From an uncultured Gammaproteobacteria bacterium (GTDB taxonomy: Bacteria > Pseudomonadota > Gammaproteobacteria > JAURND01), in contig CAVQQD010000002.1 in NCBI GenBank assembly GCA_963714975.1, positions 1,120,001 to 1,184,000 on the forward strand: 64,000 nt of DNA, read 5' to 3'. Numbering within the stretch: the first letter of the stretch is position 1; the number at the start of each line of letters is the position of its first letter. Under the pieces are notes generated by a model that was given only the letters and a program-made list of their open reading frames with translations, was not told the origin of the DNA and ran no database searches. Position numbers and translations under genes: made by a program. This document shows, one piece after another, positions 1-9,506 of the stretch.

Positions 1-289
1 TACCTTTGAATTGCACTAAATGCTTAGAATAGGTGCTAGCTAGCACCATCACAGCCGCTTCGTTGCAAATTTCTTTTTCAATTTCTTCGTGAGTGAAGTA
101 TTTTTTAATGGCTACAGTTTCAGAATTCCATTTTCCTCGGAACACTGCAGCAGAACCGCCTTTAGCTAAAGGCTCATCTTCATAATCGTATACTAAATCC
201 CCATGGCGAATCCTAAAAAATTCTCCATACGACTGGATGAGTGGTTTGGAAGATTGGAGTTTGGTTTCAATGAGTTGGTCTTGTGCCAA
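1..289 (-). CDS. Eukaryotic-like (TKL-type) protein kinase, N-terminal part; runs off the window edge
   Basis: Not in the ORF track. Manual translation ...EPLAKGGSAAVFRGKWNSETVAIKKY...EICNEAAVM...HLVQFKG shows a Gly-rich loop, the VAIK lysine and the alphaC Glu. Putative TTG start at 289 after AAGGAG; start uncertain. Confidence 0.75.
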   Translation of the reverse strand, partial: MAQDQLIETKLQSSKPLIQSYGEFFRIRHGDLVYDYEDEPLAKGGSAAVFRGKWNSETVAIKKYFTHEEIEKEICNEAAVMVLASTYSKHLVQFKG

Positions 290-372
290 GGATGTGCTCT
301 CCTTTTTGTTATCGTGTTCTTGGATTGGAGTCGCAGCAGATAAACTAATCTAGGGATTAAGAATGAAACTTA

Positions 373-460
373 TGGTGCCCGAGGCCGGAGTCGAACCGGC
401 ACGGGATAAACTCCCGAGGGATTTTAAGTCCCTTGCGTCTACCTATTCCGCCACCCGGGC
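373..460 (-). tRNA. tRNA-Leu(UAA)
   Basis: GCCCGGGTGGCGGAATAGGTAGACGC...ACTTAAAAT...GGTTCGACTCCGGCCTCGGGCACCA; long variable arm, CCA encoded. Confidence 0.97.
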
Positions 461-475
461 TATGCATTGCTATTA

Positions 476-546
476 AGGCTGGGGTCGGAATCGAACCGGC
501 GTCCACGGCTTTGCAGGCCGCTGCATAACCACTCTGCCACCCAGCC
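476..546 (-). tRNA. tRNA-Cys(GCA), CCA not encoded
   Basis: GGCTGGGTGGCAGAGTGGTTATGCAGCGGCCTGCAAAGCCG...GGTTCGATTCCGACCCCAGCCT. Confidence 0.96.
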
Positions 547-600
547 AAGGTCGCAAATCATCGCACATTTTTTTCGAAGCGCAAAGAAGATTATGGATTT

Positions 601-718
601 TTCCCTCCCCCGCTTGCGGGTGAGGGTGAGGGTGCTCAAAATAGCTTAAAGCTACAAAGAGCTTTCTCATCCGGCCTTCGACCACCTTCTCCCTCAAAAA
701 AGCATTGTGGGAGAAGAA
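601..718. repeat. Degenerate REP-like palindromic doublet (CTCATCCG..CACCTTCTCCC..GGGAGAAG family)
   Basis: Matches copies at 3643, 16241, 20293, 23551 and 55420. Confidence 0.7.
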
Positions 719-773
719 GTTTTCTGGTTTATTATGGTCGCATCCTAAGCTCATTCTAATTGGAGAATACAAC

Positions 774-2162
774 ATGGCACAGACGAGAATAGAAAGCGAT
801 AGTATGGGGAAGATCACCGTACCGGCAGATCATTATTGGGGAGCGCAAACGGAGCGTTCACTCCATCATTTCAATATCGGCAATGACCTCATGCCCCAAG
901 AAATCATAGAGGCTTTTGCTATCTTAAAAAAGGCCGCTGCTTTGGCTAATCAATCTTTAGGACAGCTATCGAGTGAGCATGCCGGTCTGATCGTGCAAGC
1001 CGCAGATGAGATCCTCGCCGGGAAATGGAACGACGAATTTCCCCTGCGGGTTTGGCAAACGGGCAGCGGTACTCAAACTAATATGAATGTCAATGAAGTC
1101 ATTGCCAATCGTGCCATTGAACTGGCGGGGGGGCAGATTGGCAGTAAAACTCCAATTCATCCCAATGACCATGTGAATCAATCCCAATCTTCGAATGACA
1201 CCTTTCCCACGGCCATGCACATTGCCGCCGCCTGCGCCATCGTGCGACGCCTATTACCTGCCCTCGTAGATCTTAGAAACGCTTTACATGAAAAAATGTT
1301 GGCTTTTGATGACCTAGTAAAAATTGGTCGCACGCATTTGCAAGATGCTGTTCCGATGACCCTAGGCCAAGAATTTTCCGGCTATGTGGCGCAACTTGAG
1401 GCCGATATTCAGCGTATTGAGTCTACCTTGCCTGGACTCCACGAACTAGCCATTGGTGGAACAGCTGTTGGCACTGGCCTGAATGCTCCTCCCGAATTTG
1501 GATCACGCACTGCCCAAGAAATTTCCCAAATCACGGGTTTGCCCTTTGTAAGCGCTTCCAATAAATTCGCCGCGCTCGCTGCCCATGATGCCATAGTGAT
1601 GACCAGCGGTGCCTTAAAAACTCTAGCCTGCTCTTTGATGAAAATTGCTAATGATATTCGTTGGTTAGCCTCCGGCCCGCGCGCTGGCCTGGGCGAATTA
1701 ATTTTACCGGAAAATGAACCCGGTTCTTCCATTATGCCCGGTAAAGTCAACCCTACCCAATGCGAGGCTATGACGATGGTGTGTGTGCAAGTGATGGGAA
1801 ATGATGTGACCATTGGCTTTGCAGGTTCACAAGGTAATTTCGAGTTGAATGTGTTCAAACCAGTGATGATTTTCAATTTATTGAATTCAATTCGACTGCT
1901 TACTGATGCTTCTCATTCTTTCACTGAATTTGCCATTAAGGGTCTAAAAGCCGATGAGAAAAAAATCAAAGAAAACGTAGACCGCTCCTTGATGTTAGTC
2001 ACAGCCTTAAGTCCCTTCATTGGCTATGATAAAGCCGCAAAAATTGCCCTCACTGCCCACCATGATGGCACAAGCCTTAAAGAAGCTGCCCTCAAACTGG
2101 GGTATCTTACCGCTGAAGAATTCGATCGAATGCTGCAACCAGAAACCATGTGTGGGCCTTAA
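774..2162 (+). CDS. fumC: Class II fumarate hydratase
   Basis: [20 protein letters not shown] and [11 protein letters not shown] signatures; ATG at 774 after GGAG. Confidence 0.97.
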   Translation: MAQTRIESDSMGKITVPADHYWGAQTERSLHHFNIGNDLMPQEIIEAFAILKKAAALANQSLGQLSSEHAGLIVQAADEILAGKWNDEFPLRVWQTGSGTQTNMNVNEVIANRAIELAGGQIGSKTPIHPNDHVNQSQSSNDTFPTAMHIAAACAIVRRLLPALVDLRNALHEKMLAFDDLVKIGRTHLQDAVPMTLGQEFSGYVAQLEADIQRIESTLPGLHELAIGGTAVGTGLNAPPEFGSRTAQEISQITGLPFVSASNKFAALAAHDAIVMTSGALKTLACSLMKIANDIRWLASGPRAGLGELILPENEPGSSIMPGKVNPTQCEAMTMVCVQVMGNDVTIGFAGSQGNFELNVFKPVMIFNLLNSIRLLTDASHSFTEFAIKGLKADEKKIKENVDRSLMLVTALSPFIGYDKAAKIALTAHHDGTSLKEAALKLGYLTAEEFDRMLQPETMCGP

Positions 2163-2190
2163 TTCAATTTTAAGACTTATGCTATATAAT
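2158..2190 (+). promoter_or_regulatory. PmrA-type box (TTAA-N7-TTAA) plus -10 TATAAT
   Basis: cTTAAttcaattTTAA, 11 nt, TATAAT, upstream of the ankyrin gene. Confidence 0.65.
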
Positions 2191-2221
2191 CTGGGATAAA
2201 TGCAAAAGCATAGGTGGCTAC

Positions 2222-3565
2222 ATGCAAAGTAAAGAGCAATATAGAAACCTAGATAAAGCGTTGGTAGTTGCGGCAGAAACAGGCAATACAACGCTTGTCA
2301 TTGAACTTCTTAAGGCGGGGGCAAACATTAATGCCGGATACCCATGGCCTAATGACACAGCACTTTCATGGGCGGCCTTTCACGGCCACGCACAGCTGGT
2401 AGAATTCTTCATTACAAAGAAAGCCAAACTGCCTGGTGCACTTGATAGAGCTTTTGGGAACAAGCAAATTCCTAGAAAAACCCGGCTTGCCATCGCGCAG
2501 TTATTGCTAGATGCAGGAGCTACATTTGATCCTCATTCTGATTATTATCACCATAGTGGGGCACTACGCAACTTCATCGCAGATTGGAACAACGAATTAA
2601 TTGATGCTGCAGCAAAGAATCAAGTTACGCGGTTAAACACTATAATTCAAGATATTCAAAACTCCTGCATTGCAAAATGCATCCAAATTTATAACAGAAT
2701 TACTTACGTACCTATAAAAATCCCCGGCATTGAGAATGCACGAAATCCCAATGGCGAAACGCCACTTCTAGTGGCGGCAAAGAACGGCCATGTAGAGATG
2801 GTACAGGCCCTTGTCGAAGTAAAAGAAACAATTAATGACTCCAGAGAAGCGGCACTTTTGTGGGCAGCTTTTCGTGGCCACAAAGAGGTTGTAAAAATCC
2901 TCATTCTCAACAAGACCAGCATTACCAGAAAAAACGCAGAGGGATTCACTATCCTCGATCTGGTTTTCCTGAACAACACAACTCCCGTTGAACCTAAGCT
3001 TGCTACCGCGGAGCTATTGATAAATGCGGGAGCTATTTTTATCAAGCGCGAAAAAGAAGTGCTCAATTTTCTCCAAAGCTGTAATCAAGCAGATAAGAGG
3101 GTTTACAAAATTCTAAACCATTTTTGCGAGAATTTTCCACAGAATGAAGCAGCACAAAATTATTTAAAAAGATTAGAAAAAACTATTCATCGTGAAAAGG
3201 TATTGCCAATTTTGGAAGGTCTTAATTTCTTGCCAACAGATTTATTACGTATAATTCAAGCGTATGATCACTATGACAACACTTCGCGACCTGAGATCAG
3301 CCTGGCAGAAATTGAGAACTTATTGCCAAAAGGAGTAAAGACAACTAGCAACAACACTTCATATCGGTTAGGGATTAAAAGCTTGTGTACTTTGCTTGCT
3401 CTAACTGCCACCATTACCACCTCTTTATTAACCACGGATTTATTGCCACTAGCAGCTTATTGGTCCATCATCGCCATTGAAATTTTAGCGACACTTATTT
3501 TAAGTACAGTGACAGGTACAGCTTTTTATAGGGCTTTTAATGCACCTCCTAAGATTTCTCAATGA
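2222..3565 (+). CDS. Ankyrin-repeat protein with two C-terminal TM helices (effector candidate)
   Basis: TALSWAAFHGH, GETPLLVAAKNGH and AALLWAAFRGH repeats; hydrophobic C-terminus. Confidence 0.88.
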   Translation: MQSKEQYRNLDKALVVAAETGNTTLVIELLKAGANINAGYPWPNDTALSWAAFHGHAQLVEFFITKKAKLPGALDRAFGNKQIPRKTRLAIAQLLLDAGATFDPHSDYYHHSGALRNFIADWNNELIDAAAKNQVTRLNTIIQDIQNSCIAKCIQIYNRITYVPIKIPGIENARNPNGETPLLVAAKNGHVEMVQALVEVKETINDSREAALLWAAFRGHKEVVKILILNKTSITRKNAEGFTILDLVFLNNTTPVEPKLATAELLINAGAIFIKREKEVLNFLQSCNQADKRVYKILNHFCENFPQNEAAQNYLKRLEKTIHREKVLPILEGLNFLPTDLLRIIQAYDHYDNTSRPEISLAEIENLLPKGVKTTSNNTSYRLGIKSLCTLLALTATITTSLLTTDLLPLAAYWSIIAIEILATLILSTVTGTAFYRAFNAPPKISQ

Positions 3566-3642
3566 TTGCCATAATCTTAATTCGGCTGCTGCGTTGGTTT
3601 CTTCTTAACTGTTTTTGGAAAGTTTTTAGCATGAATCTTGTT

Positions 3643-3717
3643 ACCCCTCATCCGCCTTCGGCACCTTCTCCCACAAGGGGAGAAGGAAAATCTACCCACT
3701 CGATTCTACATAGAACC
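3643..3717. repeat. REP-like element plus CGATTCTACATAGAACC tail
   Basis: CCCCTCATCCGCCTTCGGCACCTTCTCCCACAAGGGGAGAAGG; the tail recurs at 9269-9285. Confidence 0.85.
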
Positions 3718-3730
3718 ATAATTCTTTACG

Positions 3731-3763
3731 CTTAATTTTATTTTAAGAAAGGCCATGTATACT
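3731..3763 (+). promoter_or_regulatory. PmrA-type box plus -10 TATACT
   Basis: CTTAAttttattTTAA, 11 nt, TATACT. Confidence 0.65.
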
Positions 3764-3822
3764 CCTCAGAAATAACCAATTGATAACTGATAAACTGATA
3801 GCCAACACGAAAGGAGGTAAAT

Positions 3823-4422
3823 ATGCAAGATCCAGACTCACCAAATACTGCTACCAAAAACATAAAATTTCAACCAGGAAGCATGATAGGTTGGGCAGGT
3901 ATTAGTATGTTTTCCATTATGTCCATAGCATCAGCTGTTGTCTATTTTTCTCCAATAGCTGGAGTACCCATGCCTCTACTAGAATGGGAACCTGGGACTT
4001 TCTGGGGTAACTTTAATATCGCCTCAACCATTTTAATAGGTATAAGCGTCCTATTAGCTCTTGGCTATACCGCATTAGAGAAACGAGTTGATCCAAATAA
4101 ATTAGAAGAAACACAACTCCAGGATGAAAAATTGCGTTCAGATATGAAAAAATGTTTAGGTCCCTTAAGTTTCTCCATAGGCACAGGATCAGCAGTGATT
4201 GGAGGTATGATGTTTTTATCATTCGTAGCTACAACACCTATAGCTCTTGCGGGTAACAATCCCGCTCCGATAACAAACTGGGATCCAAGTGAATTTTGGG
4301 GCAGATTTAATATCACAGCCATAATTTTGTTGATAGCTGGTCTGCTAGTAGCTAAGGCAGGGAAAGGTTTGATGGGAAAGAACGACAATGTCGTTCACCC
4401 TGCGAAGCTATTTTGGAATTGA
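3823..4422 (+). CDS. Hypothetical 4-TM membrane protein built from an internal duplication
   Basis: AGGAGG RBS; repeats WEPGTFWGNFNIASTIL and WDPSEFWGRFNITAIIL. Confidence 0.8.
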   Translation: MQDPDSPNTATKNIKFQPGSMIGWAGISMFSIMSIASAVVYFSPIAGVPMPLLEWEPGTFWGNFNIASTILIGISVLLALGYTALEKRVDPNKLEETQLQDEKLRSDMKKCLGPLSFSIGTGSAVIGGMMFLSFVATTPIALAGNNPAPITNWDPSEFWGRFNITAIILLIAGLLVAKAGKGLMGKNDNVVHPAKLFWN

Positions 4423-4447
4423 TTAAATCTTAAGGAAAGGATATAGT
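4419..4447 (+). promoter_or_regulatory. Sigma70 promoter of ffs copy 1
   Basis: TTGATT-17-TATAGT. Confidence 0.65.
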
Positions 4448-4467
4448 CTTGATTCTTTTATGAACAT

Positions 4468-4576
4468 GGGCGGCTCTTGGTCCCTGTGCAACGCTATATT
4501 GTGAACCCCGTCAGGCCCGGAAGGGAGCAGCGGCAGCAGTAAATTCGGGTGCGCAGTAGGGCTAATGAGCCGCCCA
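4468..4576 (+). ncRNA. ffs: SRP 4.5S RNA, copy 1
   Basis: GTCAGGCCCGGAAGGGAGCAGC domain IV; terminal stem GGGCGGCTC/GAGCCGCCC; lies upstream of dnaX. Confidence 0.95.
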
Positions 4577-4602
4577 CCCTGTAATATATGTAAGTAATCT
4601 GA

Positions 4603-6258
4603 ATGTCCTATCAAGTTCTAGCGCGCAAATGGCGCCCCCAGAGTTTTCAAGAAATTGTTGGTCAGTCCATTGTAGTGCGCACCTTAATCAATGCATTGGA
4701 CCAGCAGCGCCTGCATCATGCCTATTTATTTACGGGGACGCGAGGGGTCGGCAAAACCACGCTGGCGCGAATATTAGCCAAGTGTTTTAACTGCGAACAA
4801 GGCGTTACCTCCCAACCTTGCAATCAATGTGCCACTTGCCAAGCGATTACCCAGGGGAAATTTTTTGACCTATTTGAAATTGACGCTGCTTCACGCACCA
4901 AAGTAGAAGATACCAGAGACTTACTCTACGATGTGCAATGCGCCCCTACCCAAGGGCGCTATAAAATTTACATCATCGATGAAGTGCATATGCTCTCTAA
5001 TCATAGTTTTAATGCGCTACTCAAAACTTTAGAAGAGCCACCCCAACATGCGAAATTTTTCCTAGCTACTACTGATCCACAACGTCTACCCCTGACCATT
5101 TTGTCTCGTTGCCTGCAATTTCAGCTTAAAAATTTATCATCGGCGCAAATCAGCAAGCATTTGAGCACTATCTTGGAGCAAGAACAAATTGATTATGACA
5201 GCGATGCCTTACACTATTTATCCCAAGCCGCTCAAGGCAGCGTTCGAGATGCCCTAAGTTTGCTGGATCAAGCCATTGCTTATGGGAATGGTCAAGTGAG
5301 AACAGCTGAAGTAAAAGCTTTATTAGGCGCCACAGAGCTAGACTTACTCACTGATTTACTCCTAGCCTTGGCCAATAAAAATGGACACCAATTAATCCAA
5401 CTTATTGGCAAACTCGCAGATTCTGGCACTGATTTTGCGGCAGCCCTGGAAGATCTTTTAGCCTTAATCCATCAAATTGCCGTGCAGCAAGCCGTCCCCG
5501 ACCTATGCACCGATGTCATCTCAACCAAAGATATCACCAAAACTACAGATACTATCTCAACTACAGATGTCATCCCGAGCGCAGCGAGGGATCTCGCTAA
5601 TACTCTCAGTGCAGAAGAAGTCCAGTTATACTACCAAATTGGCATCATGGGGCGCCGGGACTTACCATTAGCTCCTACCCCTCGTAGCGGCTTTGAAATG
5701 ATTATGCTACGGATGCTTGCATTTCGCCCCCAAGCCTTGCCAGCAACCCGCAGCGAAGAAAGTACTAAATATTATAATACCGCACAGGTGGAAAATACCG
5801 CGCCTACGGCCCCACTACAAAAACCCGTGCTACAAAAACCCGCGCTACAAAAAGAAGATCGCCAAGATCATTGGCAACAACTTCTATCACAACTTAATTT
5901 ACAAGGCGTCGCTTATGTACTGGCCTCACACTGCGTACAAACTAAGCAGAACATTGAAGAAATCGAGTTACTGTTAGATAGTGCTCATGCCGCCCTCTTA
6001 AACAAAACAGCGGAACAGCGCATCGAAGCAGCACTACAAGCTTATTTACAGCATCCCATTCGGCTACAAATTAAAATCGGTTCATCACAACAGATAACAC
6101 CCGCATTACTTGACAAAGCACAGCAAGAAAAACAACAATCAGAAGCCGTTAAAGCGATTACCGAAGATGATCACGTACGTACTTTCATCAATCAATTTAA
6201 CGCACAAATCATACCGAATTCCATTAAAATCAGGAATGATGAGGCCTCTAAGTTATGA
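4603..6258 (+). CDS. dnaX: DNA polymerase III subunit gamma/tau
   Basis: MSYQVLARKWRP, GTRGVGKT, Zn-binding cysteines, DEVHML, SRC. Confidence 0.97.
   Translation: MSYQVLARKWRPQSFQEIVGQSIVVRTLINALDQQRLHHAYLFTGTRGVGKTTLARILAKCFNCEQGVTSQPCNQCATCQAITQGKFFDLFEIDAASRTKVEDTRDLLYDVQCAPTQGRYKIYIIDEVHMLSNHSFNALLKTLEEPPQHAKFFLATTDPQRLPLTILSRCLQFQLKNLSSAQISKHLSTILEQEQIDYDSDALHYLSQAAQGSVRDALSLLDQAIAYGNGQVRTAEVKALLGATELDLLTDLLLALANKNGHQLIQLIGKLADSGTDFAAALEDLLALIHQIAVQQAVPDLCTDVISTKDITKTTDTISTTDVIPSAARDLANTLSAEEVQLYYQIGIMGRRDLPLAPTPRSGFEMIMLRMLAFRPQALPATRSEESTKYYNTAQVENTAPTAPLQKPVLQKPALQKEDRQDHWQQLLSQLNLQGVAYVLASHCVQTKQNIEEIELLLDSAHAALLNKTAEQRIEAALQAYLQHPIRLQIKIGSSQQITPALLDKAQQEKQQSEAVKAITEDDHVRTFINQFNAQIIPNSIKIRNDEASKL
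5512..5595 (+). repeat. In-frame 18-nt tandem repeats ending in a GTCATCCCGAGCGCAGCGAGGGATCTC REP unit inside dnaX
   Basis: Encodes DVISTK DITKTT DTISTT DVIPSAARDL; the same REP family occurs at 25178 and 35187. Confidence 0.75.
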
Positions 6259-6433
6259 GGGAAACAGAGGAGTTTTTTTATTTATAACCAATGACGATCC
6301 CAAGGTCGCTGGCAATCTTACTCGTGCTGCTTTCAATGATGCAACTACCAAGCTCAAAGCAGTGAGGCAACAAGAAGTGGTATCTGTGTACGAAAAATCC
6401 GGTTTACCATTGACGGGTGAAGGAGAAGAGTAA
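6255..6433 (+). pseudogene. ybaB remnant with internal deletion (duplicate copy)
   Basis: Near-identical to the 7055-7091 leader and the 7330-7474 3' end; start codon and N-terminal two-thirds missing. Confidence 0.85.
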
Positions 6434-6443
6434 CTACAGTAAA

Positions 6444-6543
6444 GTGAGTAATCGTATGTTCACCCCCCCCTGGTGCAACAATTAATCGATCACTTACGTT
6501 GTTTAGCTGGCGTTGGGCCAAAGTCTACCCGACGCATTGCTTT
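6444..6543 (+). pseudogene. recR 5' remnant, frameshifted and truncated
   Basis: Matches 7485-7582, with an expanded C run; followed by a REP fragment at 6551-6580. Confidence 0.85.
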
Positions 6544-6590
6544 TTGAAATACCCTTATCCGCCTTCGGCAGGGGGAGGGCTGGTTCAAAT

Positions 6591-6619
6591 TTGATTAAAT
6601 CTTAAGAAAAGGGTATAAT
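6591..6619 (+). promoter_or_regulatory. Sigma70 promoter of ffs copy 2
   Basis: TTGATT-17-TATAAT. Confidence 0.7.
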
Positions 6620-6639
6620 GTAGGCTCTTTTGTGAACAT

Positions 6640-6748
6640 GGGCGGCTCTTGGTCCCTGCGCAACGCTATATTGTGAACCCCGTCAGGCCCGGAAGGGAGC
6701 AGCGGCAGCAGTAAATTCGGGTGCGCAGTAGGGCTAATGAGCTGCCCA
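6640..6748 (+). ncRNA. ffs: SRP 4.5S RNA, copy 2
   Basis: Two substitutions relative to copy 1, both compatible with pairing. Confidence 0.93.
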
Positions 6749-6785
6749 CCCTGTAATGTATGTGATTATATTGTAAGTAAGCTGA

Positions 6786-7058
6786 ATGTCCTATCAAGTT
6801 CTAGCGCGCAAATGGCGCCCCCAGAGTTTTCAAGAAGCGGAACAGCGCATCGGAGCAGCACTACAAGAAATTAAAATTGGTTCATCACAACAGATAACAC
6901 CAGTATTACTTGACAAAGCACAGCAAGAAAAACAACAATCAGAAGCCGTTAAAGCGATCACTGAAGATGACCATGTACGTACTTTCATCAATCAATTTAA
7001 CGCACAAATCATACCGAACTCCATCAAAATTAGGAATGATGAGGCCTCTAAGTTATGA
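6786..7058 (+). pseudogene. Mini-dnaX: in-frame internal deletions joining the N-terminal ~16 aa to the C-terminal tau tail
   Basis: MSYQVLARKWRPQSFQE fused to AEQRI...KIRNDEASKL. Confidence 0.88.
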
Positions 7059-7108
7059 GGGAAACAGAGGAATTTTTTTTATTTATAACCAACTATGAGG
7101 GTTTTACC

Positions 7109-7474
7109 ATGGCAAATAATATACCAGGCGCTTTAAGCAAAGAAGTTCTCGAATTCTTTCAACACAAAGGTCAAGATATGGTGCAGCATTTCCAAAAAAT
7201 GCAGACAGATCTTGAAAACAAACGTGTAGTAGGTCTCGGGGGCGTAGAAGATGAGGATGGTATCTTTGTTAAAACGACTTTAAACGGCTTGCAAGAATGC
7301 ATTAATGTTACTTATGGCAGCAGTGCATTTGACGATACCAAGGTCGCAGCTGACCTAACCCGTGCTGCTTTTAATGATGCAACCACCAAGCTCAAAGCAG
7401 TGATGCAGCAAGAAGTGGTATCTGTGTACGAAAAATCCGGTTTACCATTGACGGGTGAAGAAGGAGAAGAGTAA
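7109..7474 (+). CDS. ybaB: YbaB/EbfC family nucleoid-associated protein (divergent)
   Basis: QKMQTDLENKRVVG and DLTRAAFNDA motifs; dnaX-ybaB-recR synteny. Confidence 0.85.
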   Translation: MANNIPGALSKEVLEFFQHKGQDMVQHFQKMQTDLENKRVVGLGGVEDEDGIFVKTTLNGLQECINVTYGSSAFDDTKVAADLTRAAFNDATTKLKAVMQQEVVSVYEKSGLPLTGEEGEE

Positions 7475-7484
7475 AGCGTAATAA

Positions 7485-8093
7485 GTGAGTAATCGTATGT
7501 TCACCCCATTGGTGCAACAATTAATCGATCACTTACGTTGTTTAGCTGGCGTTGGGCCAAAGTCTGCCCAACGCATTGCTTTGCAATTACTCGAACGCAA
7601 TCGACCCATGGGTTTAGCCTTGGCTAATACTATCACGCAAGCGCTAACGACCGTCGGGCATTGCCAACTTTGTCGCACTTATAGTGAACAATCCTTATGC
7701 AACCTTTGCAGTGATTCTTCACGAATAGCGACGCAACTCTGTGTCGTAGAAACTCCTGCTGAGGTATGGGCCATTGAACAAAGCCGCAGCTTCAATGGAC
7801 TCTATTTCGTACTTATGGGGCGCTTATCCCCTTTAGATGGCATCGGTCCAGAAGAAATTCATATTCCAGCTTTAAAAAATCGCATTCAAACTCATGCAAT
7901 CCAAGAATTAATTTTAGCCACTAATCCGACTGTAGAAGGTGAAGCCACGGCGCACTACATTGCCAATCTGCTACAAGAGACAACCGTGCGTTGCACTCGC
8001 ATCGCCCATGGCGTACCTCTTGATGGAGAACTGGGTTATCTCGATATGGGAACCCTAGCCCGTGCTATGACCCGGAGAACAGTACTTGAATGA
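7485..8093 (+). CDS. recR: Recombination mediator RecR
   Basis: [12 protein letters not shown]4 Zn finger, [18 protein letters not shown] motif. Confidence 0.96.
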   Translation: MSNRMFTPLVQQLIDHLRCLAGVGPKSAQRIALQLLERNRPMGLALANTITQALTTVGHCQLCRTYSEQSLCNLCSDSSRIATQLCVVETPAEVWAIEQSRSFNGLYFVLMGRLSPLDGIGPEEIHIPALKNRIQTHAIQELILATNPTVEGEATAHYIANLLQETTVRCTRIAHGVPLDGELGYLDMGTLARAMTRRTVLE

Positions 8094-8866
8094 ACAATTT
8101 TATTTGCGATCTTAACGATTTTAAATTTATCCAGCTTACCGGTGAAAAAACCGCCCCCTTTTTGCAAGGACAACTCACTTGCGACATTCGCGAAGTGACT
8201 GAGCAACAAAGCCGACTCGCTGCCCACTGCAATCGTAAAGGCAAGGTCCAAGCCATCATGCGCGTAATGCAATTAAATGGCCATTTTTATTTAGAACTTC
8301 CCAACAGCCTGCTTGATTCAACCTTGCAACACTTGTTATCCATCGCTCTACTTTCACGAGTTCGTCTCACTAGCGCAGAATTAATTAGTTTAGGATGCTA
8401 TGGTGAGGAATTGAGTCATTCTCTCCAACAAATGTTAATCCCAACCGAATGCACAAAGATACGAATTTCTGACATCCGCTTTGAAGTGATTGGCCCTCCC
8501 GATACAATTGAAACTATTCGCAGTACTTTAAAACAACAATTTCCACTGCTATCCGAAGATTATTGGCAATGGCTGGATATCAAAGCGGGTATTCCCTGGA
8601 TTTATCCCGAAACCCAAAATTTGTTTACTCCTCACATGCTGGATTTACCTAAATTAGCTGCCGTGAGTTTTAAAAAGGGATGCTATGTCGGACAAGAGGT
8701 TATTGCACGGACTCACTATTTAGGCAAAACCAAACGTCAATTACAGAAAATTACGATAACTTCCCCAGACCTTCCAGCGCCTGGTACCCAGTGGGAAGAT
8801 GGTATTGTAATTAATGCTGCAGTGAATCCCATTACTAGGCAAGGCACTGCGTTGATAGTTGTTTAG
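8090..8866 (+). CDS. ygfZ: Folate-binding Fe-S cluster/tRNA-modification factor YgfZ
   Basis: FLQGQLTCD and [12 protein letters not shown] signatures. Confidence 0.93.
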   Translation: MNNFICDLNDFKFIQLTGEKTAPFLQGQLTCDIREVTEQQSRLAAHCNRKGKVQAIMRVMQLNGHFYLELPNSLLDSTLQHLLSIALLSRVRLTSAELISLGCYGEELSHSLQQMLIPTECTKIRISDIRFEVIGPPDTIETIRSTLKQQFPLLSEDYWQWLDIKAGIPWIYPETQNLFTPHMLDLPKLAAVSFKKGCYVGQEVIARTHYLGKTKRQLQKITITSPDLPAPGTQWEDGIVINAAVNPITRQGTALIVV

Positions 8867-8875
8867 GAATGTCTT

Positions 8876-9166
8876 TCAACATGCCTGCGCGGCTTTTGTC
8901 GAGACATTTGATTCAATTTCTTCTCCCTCTTCTGCGCGTTTGTCCCTTATAGGTGCGTATCCTAGATAGAAACATAACCCAAATAAAAATGCTCCTAATG
9001 CGGCACTTCCAAAGAGAACACCTAAGAACTGACTCTCGCTTAGAAGGTCTTCATTGAGCAACCCTATAAATGCTCCCACTAATAGTCCCGCCGCAAATCC
9101 CAGTGAAGAAGATTCTACTGTTTCGTTGATTCTCTGATTCTGATTCGGCATATTTTCACTCCTCAA
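8876..9166 (-). CDS. Small hypothetical 2-TM protein
   Basis: Two hydrophobic stretches; probable ATG start at ~9151 after GAGGAG. Confidence 0.6.
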   Translation of the reverse strand: MRSENMPNQNQRINETVESSSLGFAAGLLVGAFIGLLNEDLLSESQFLGVLFGSAALGAFLFGLCFYLGYAPIRDKRAEEGEEIESNVSTKAAQAC

Positions 9167-9214
9167 TAATAAATGTTACTGTTAATACTTGCTTTTCTCA
9201 TTATGAAGTTTTGA

Positions 9215-9285
9215 GTGGTGGGTAATATATCCTTCTCCCCTTGTGGGAGAAGGATATATTACCCACTACGATTCTACATAGAACC
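9215..9285. repeat. Long hairpin centred on the REP core CCTTCTCCCCTTGTGGGAGAAGG
   Basis: GTGGGTAATATATCCTTCTCCC / GGGAGAAGGATATATTACCCAC arms. Confidence 0.85.
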
Positions 9286-9506
9286 GCAAATTTGTTCCAC
9301 CCCACCTCTTGAGGTAAACTCAGCCTTTTAGGTAGAGAACGTTGGAATCCGTTTAACTAGTTTCTTGCTTCCGTATCGAGTACGAGGTAGGCTCTGCAAG
9401 GATCTTATCCGATGCACACAACTCATTTAAGGTTCGCGTCCCGACATGGATGACGCGGCTATAAGATGTGTGGCCAACGATGGGATATTGAGTAAAAGGA
9501 GTAATA

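Noticed and set aside
357-817. ORFs 357-548, 467-649 and 473-817
   Set aside because: They are translations of tRNA genes and REP DNA.
4423-4614. 63-aa minus-strand ORF
   Set aside because: Antisense to the SRP RNA.
5810-5860. Possible dnaX -1 frameshift site producing gamma
   Set aside because: The A runs are 15-nt LQKP repeats; no in-phase A AAA AAG heptamer is present.
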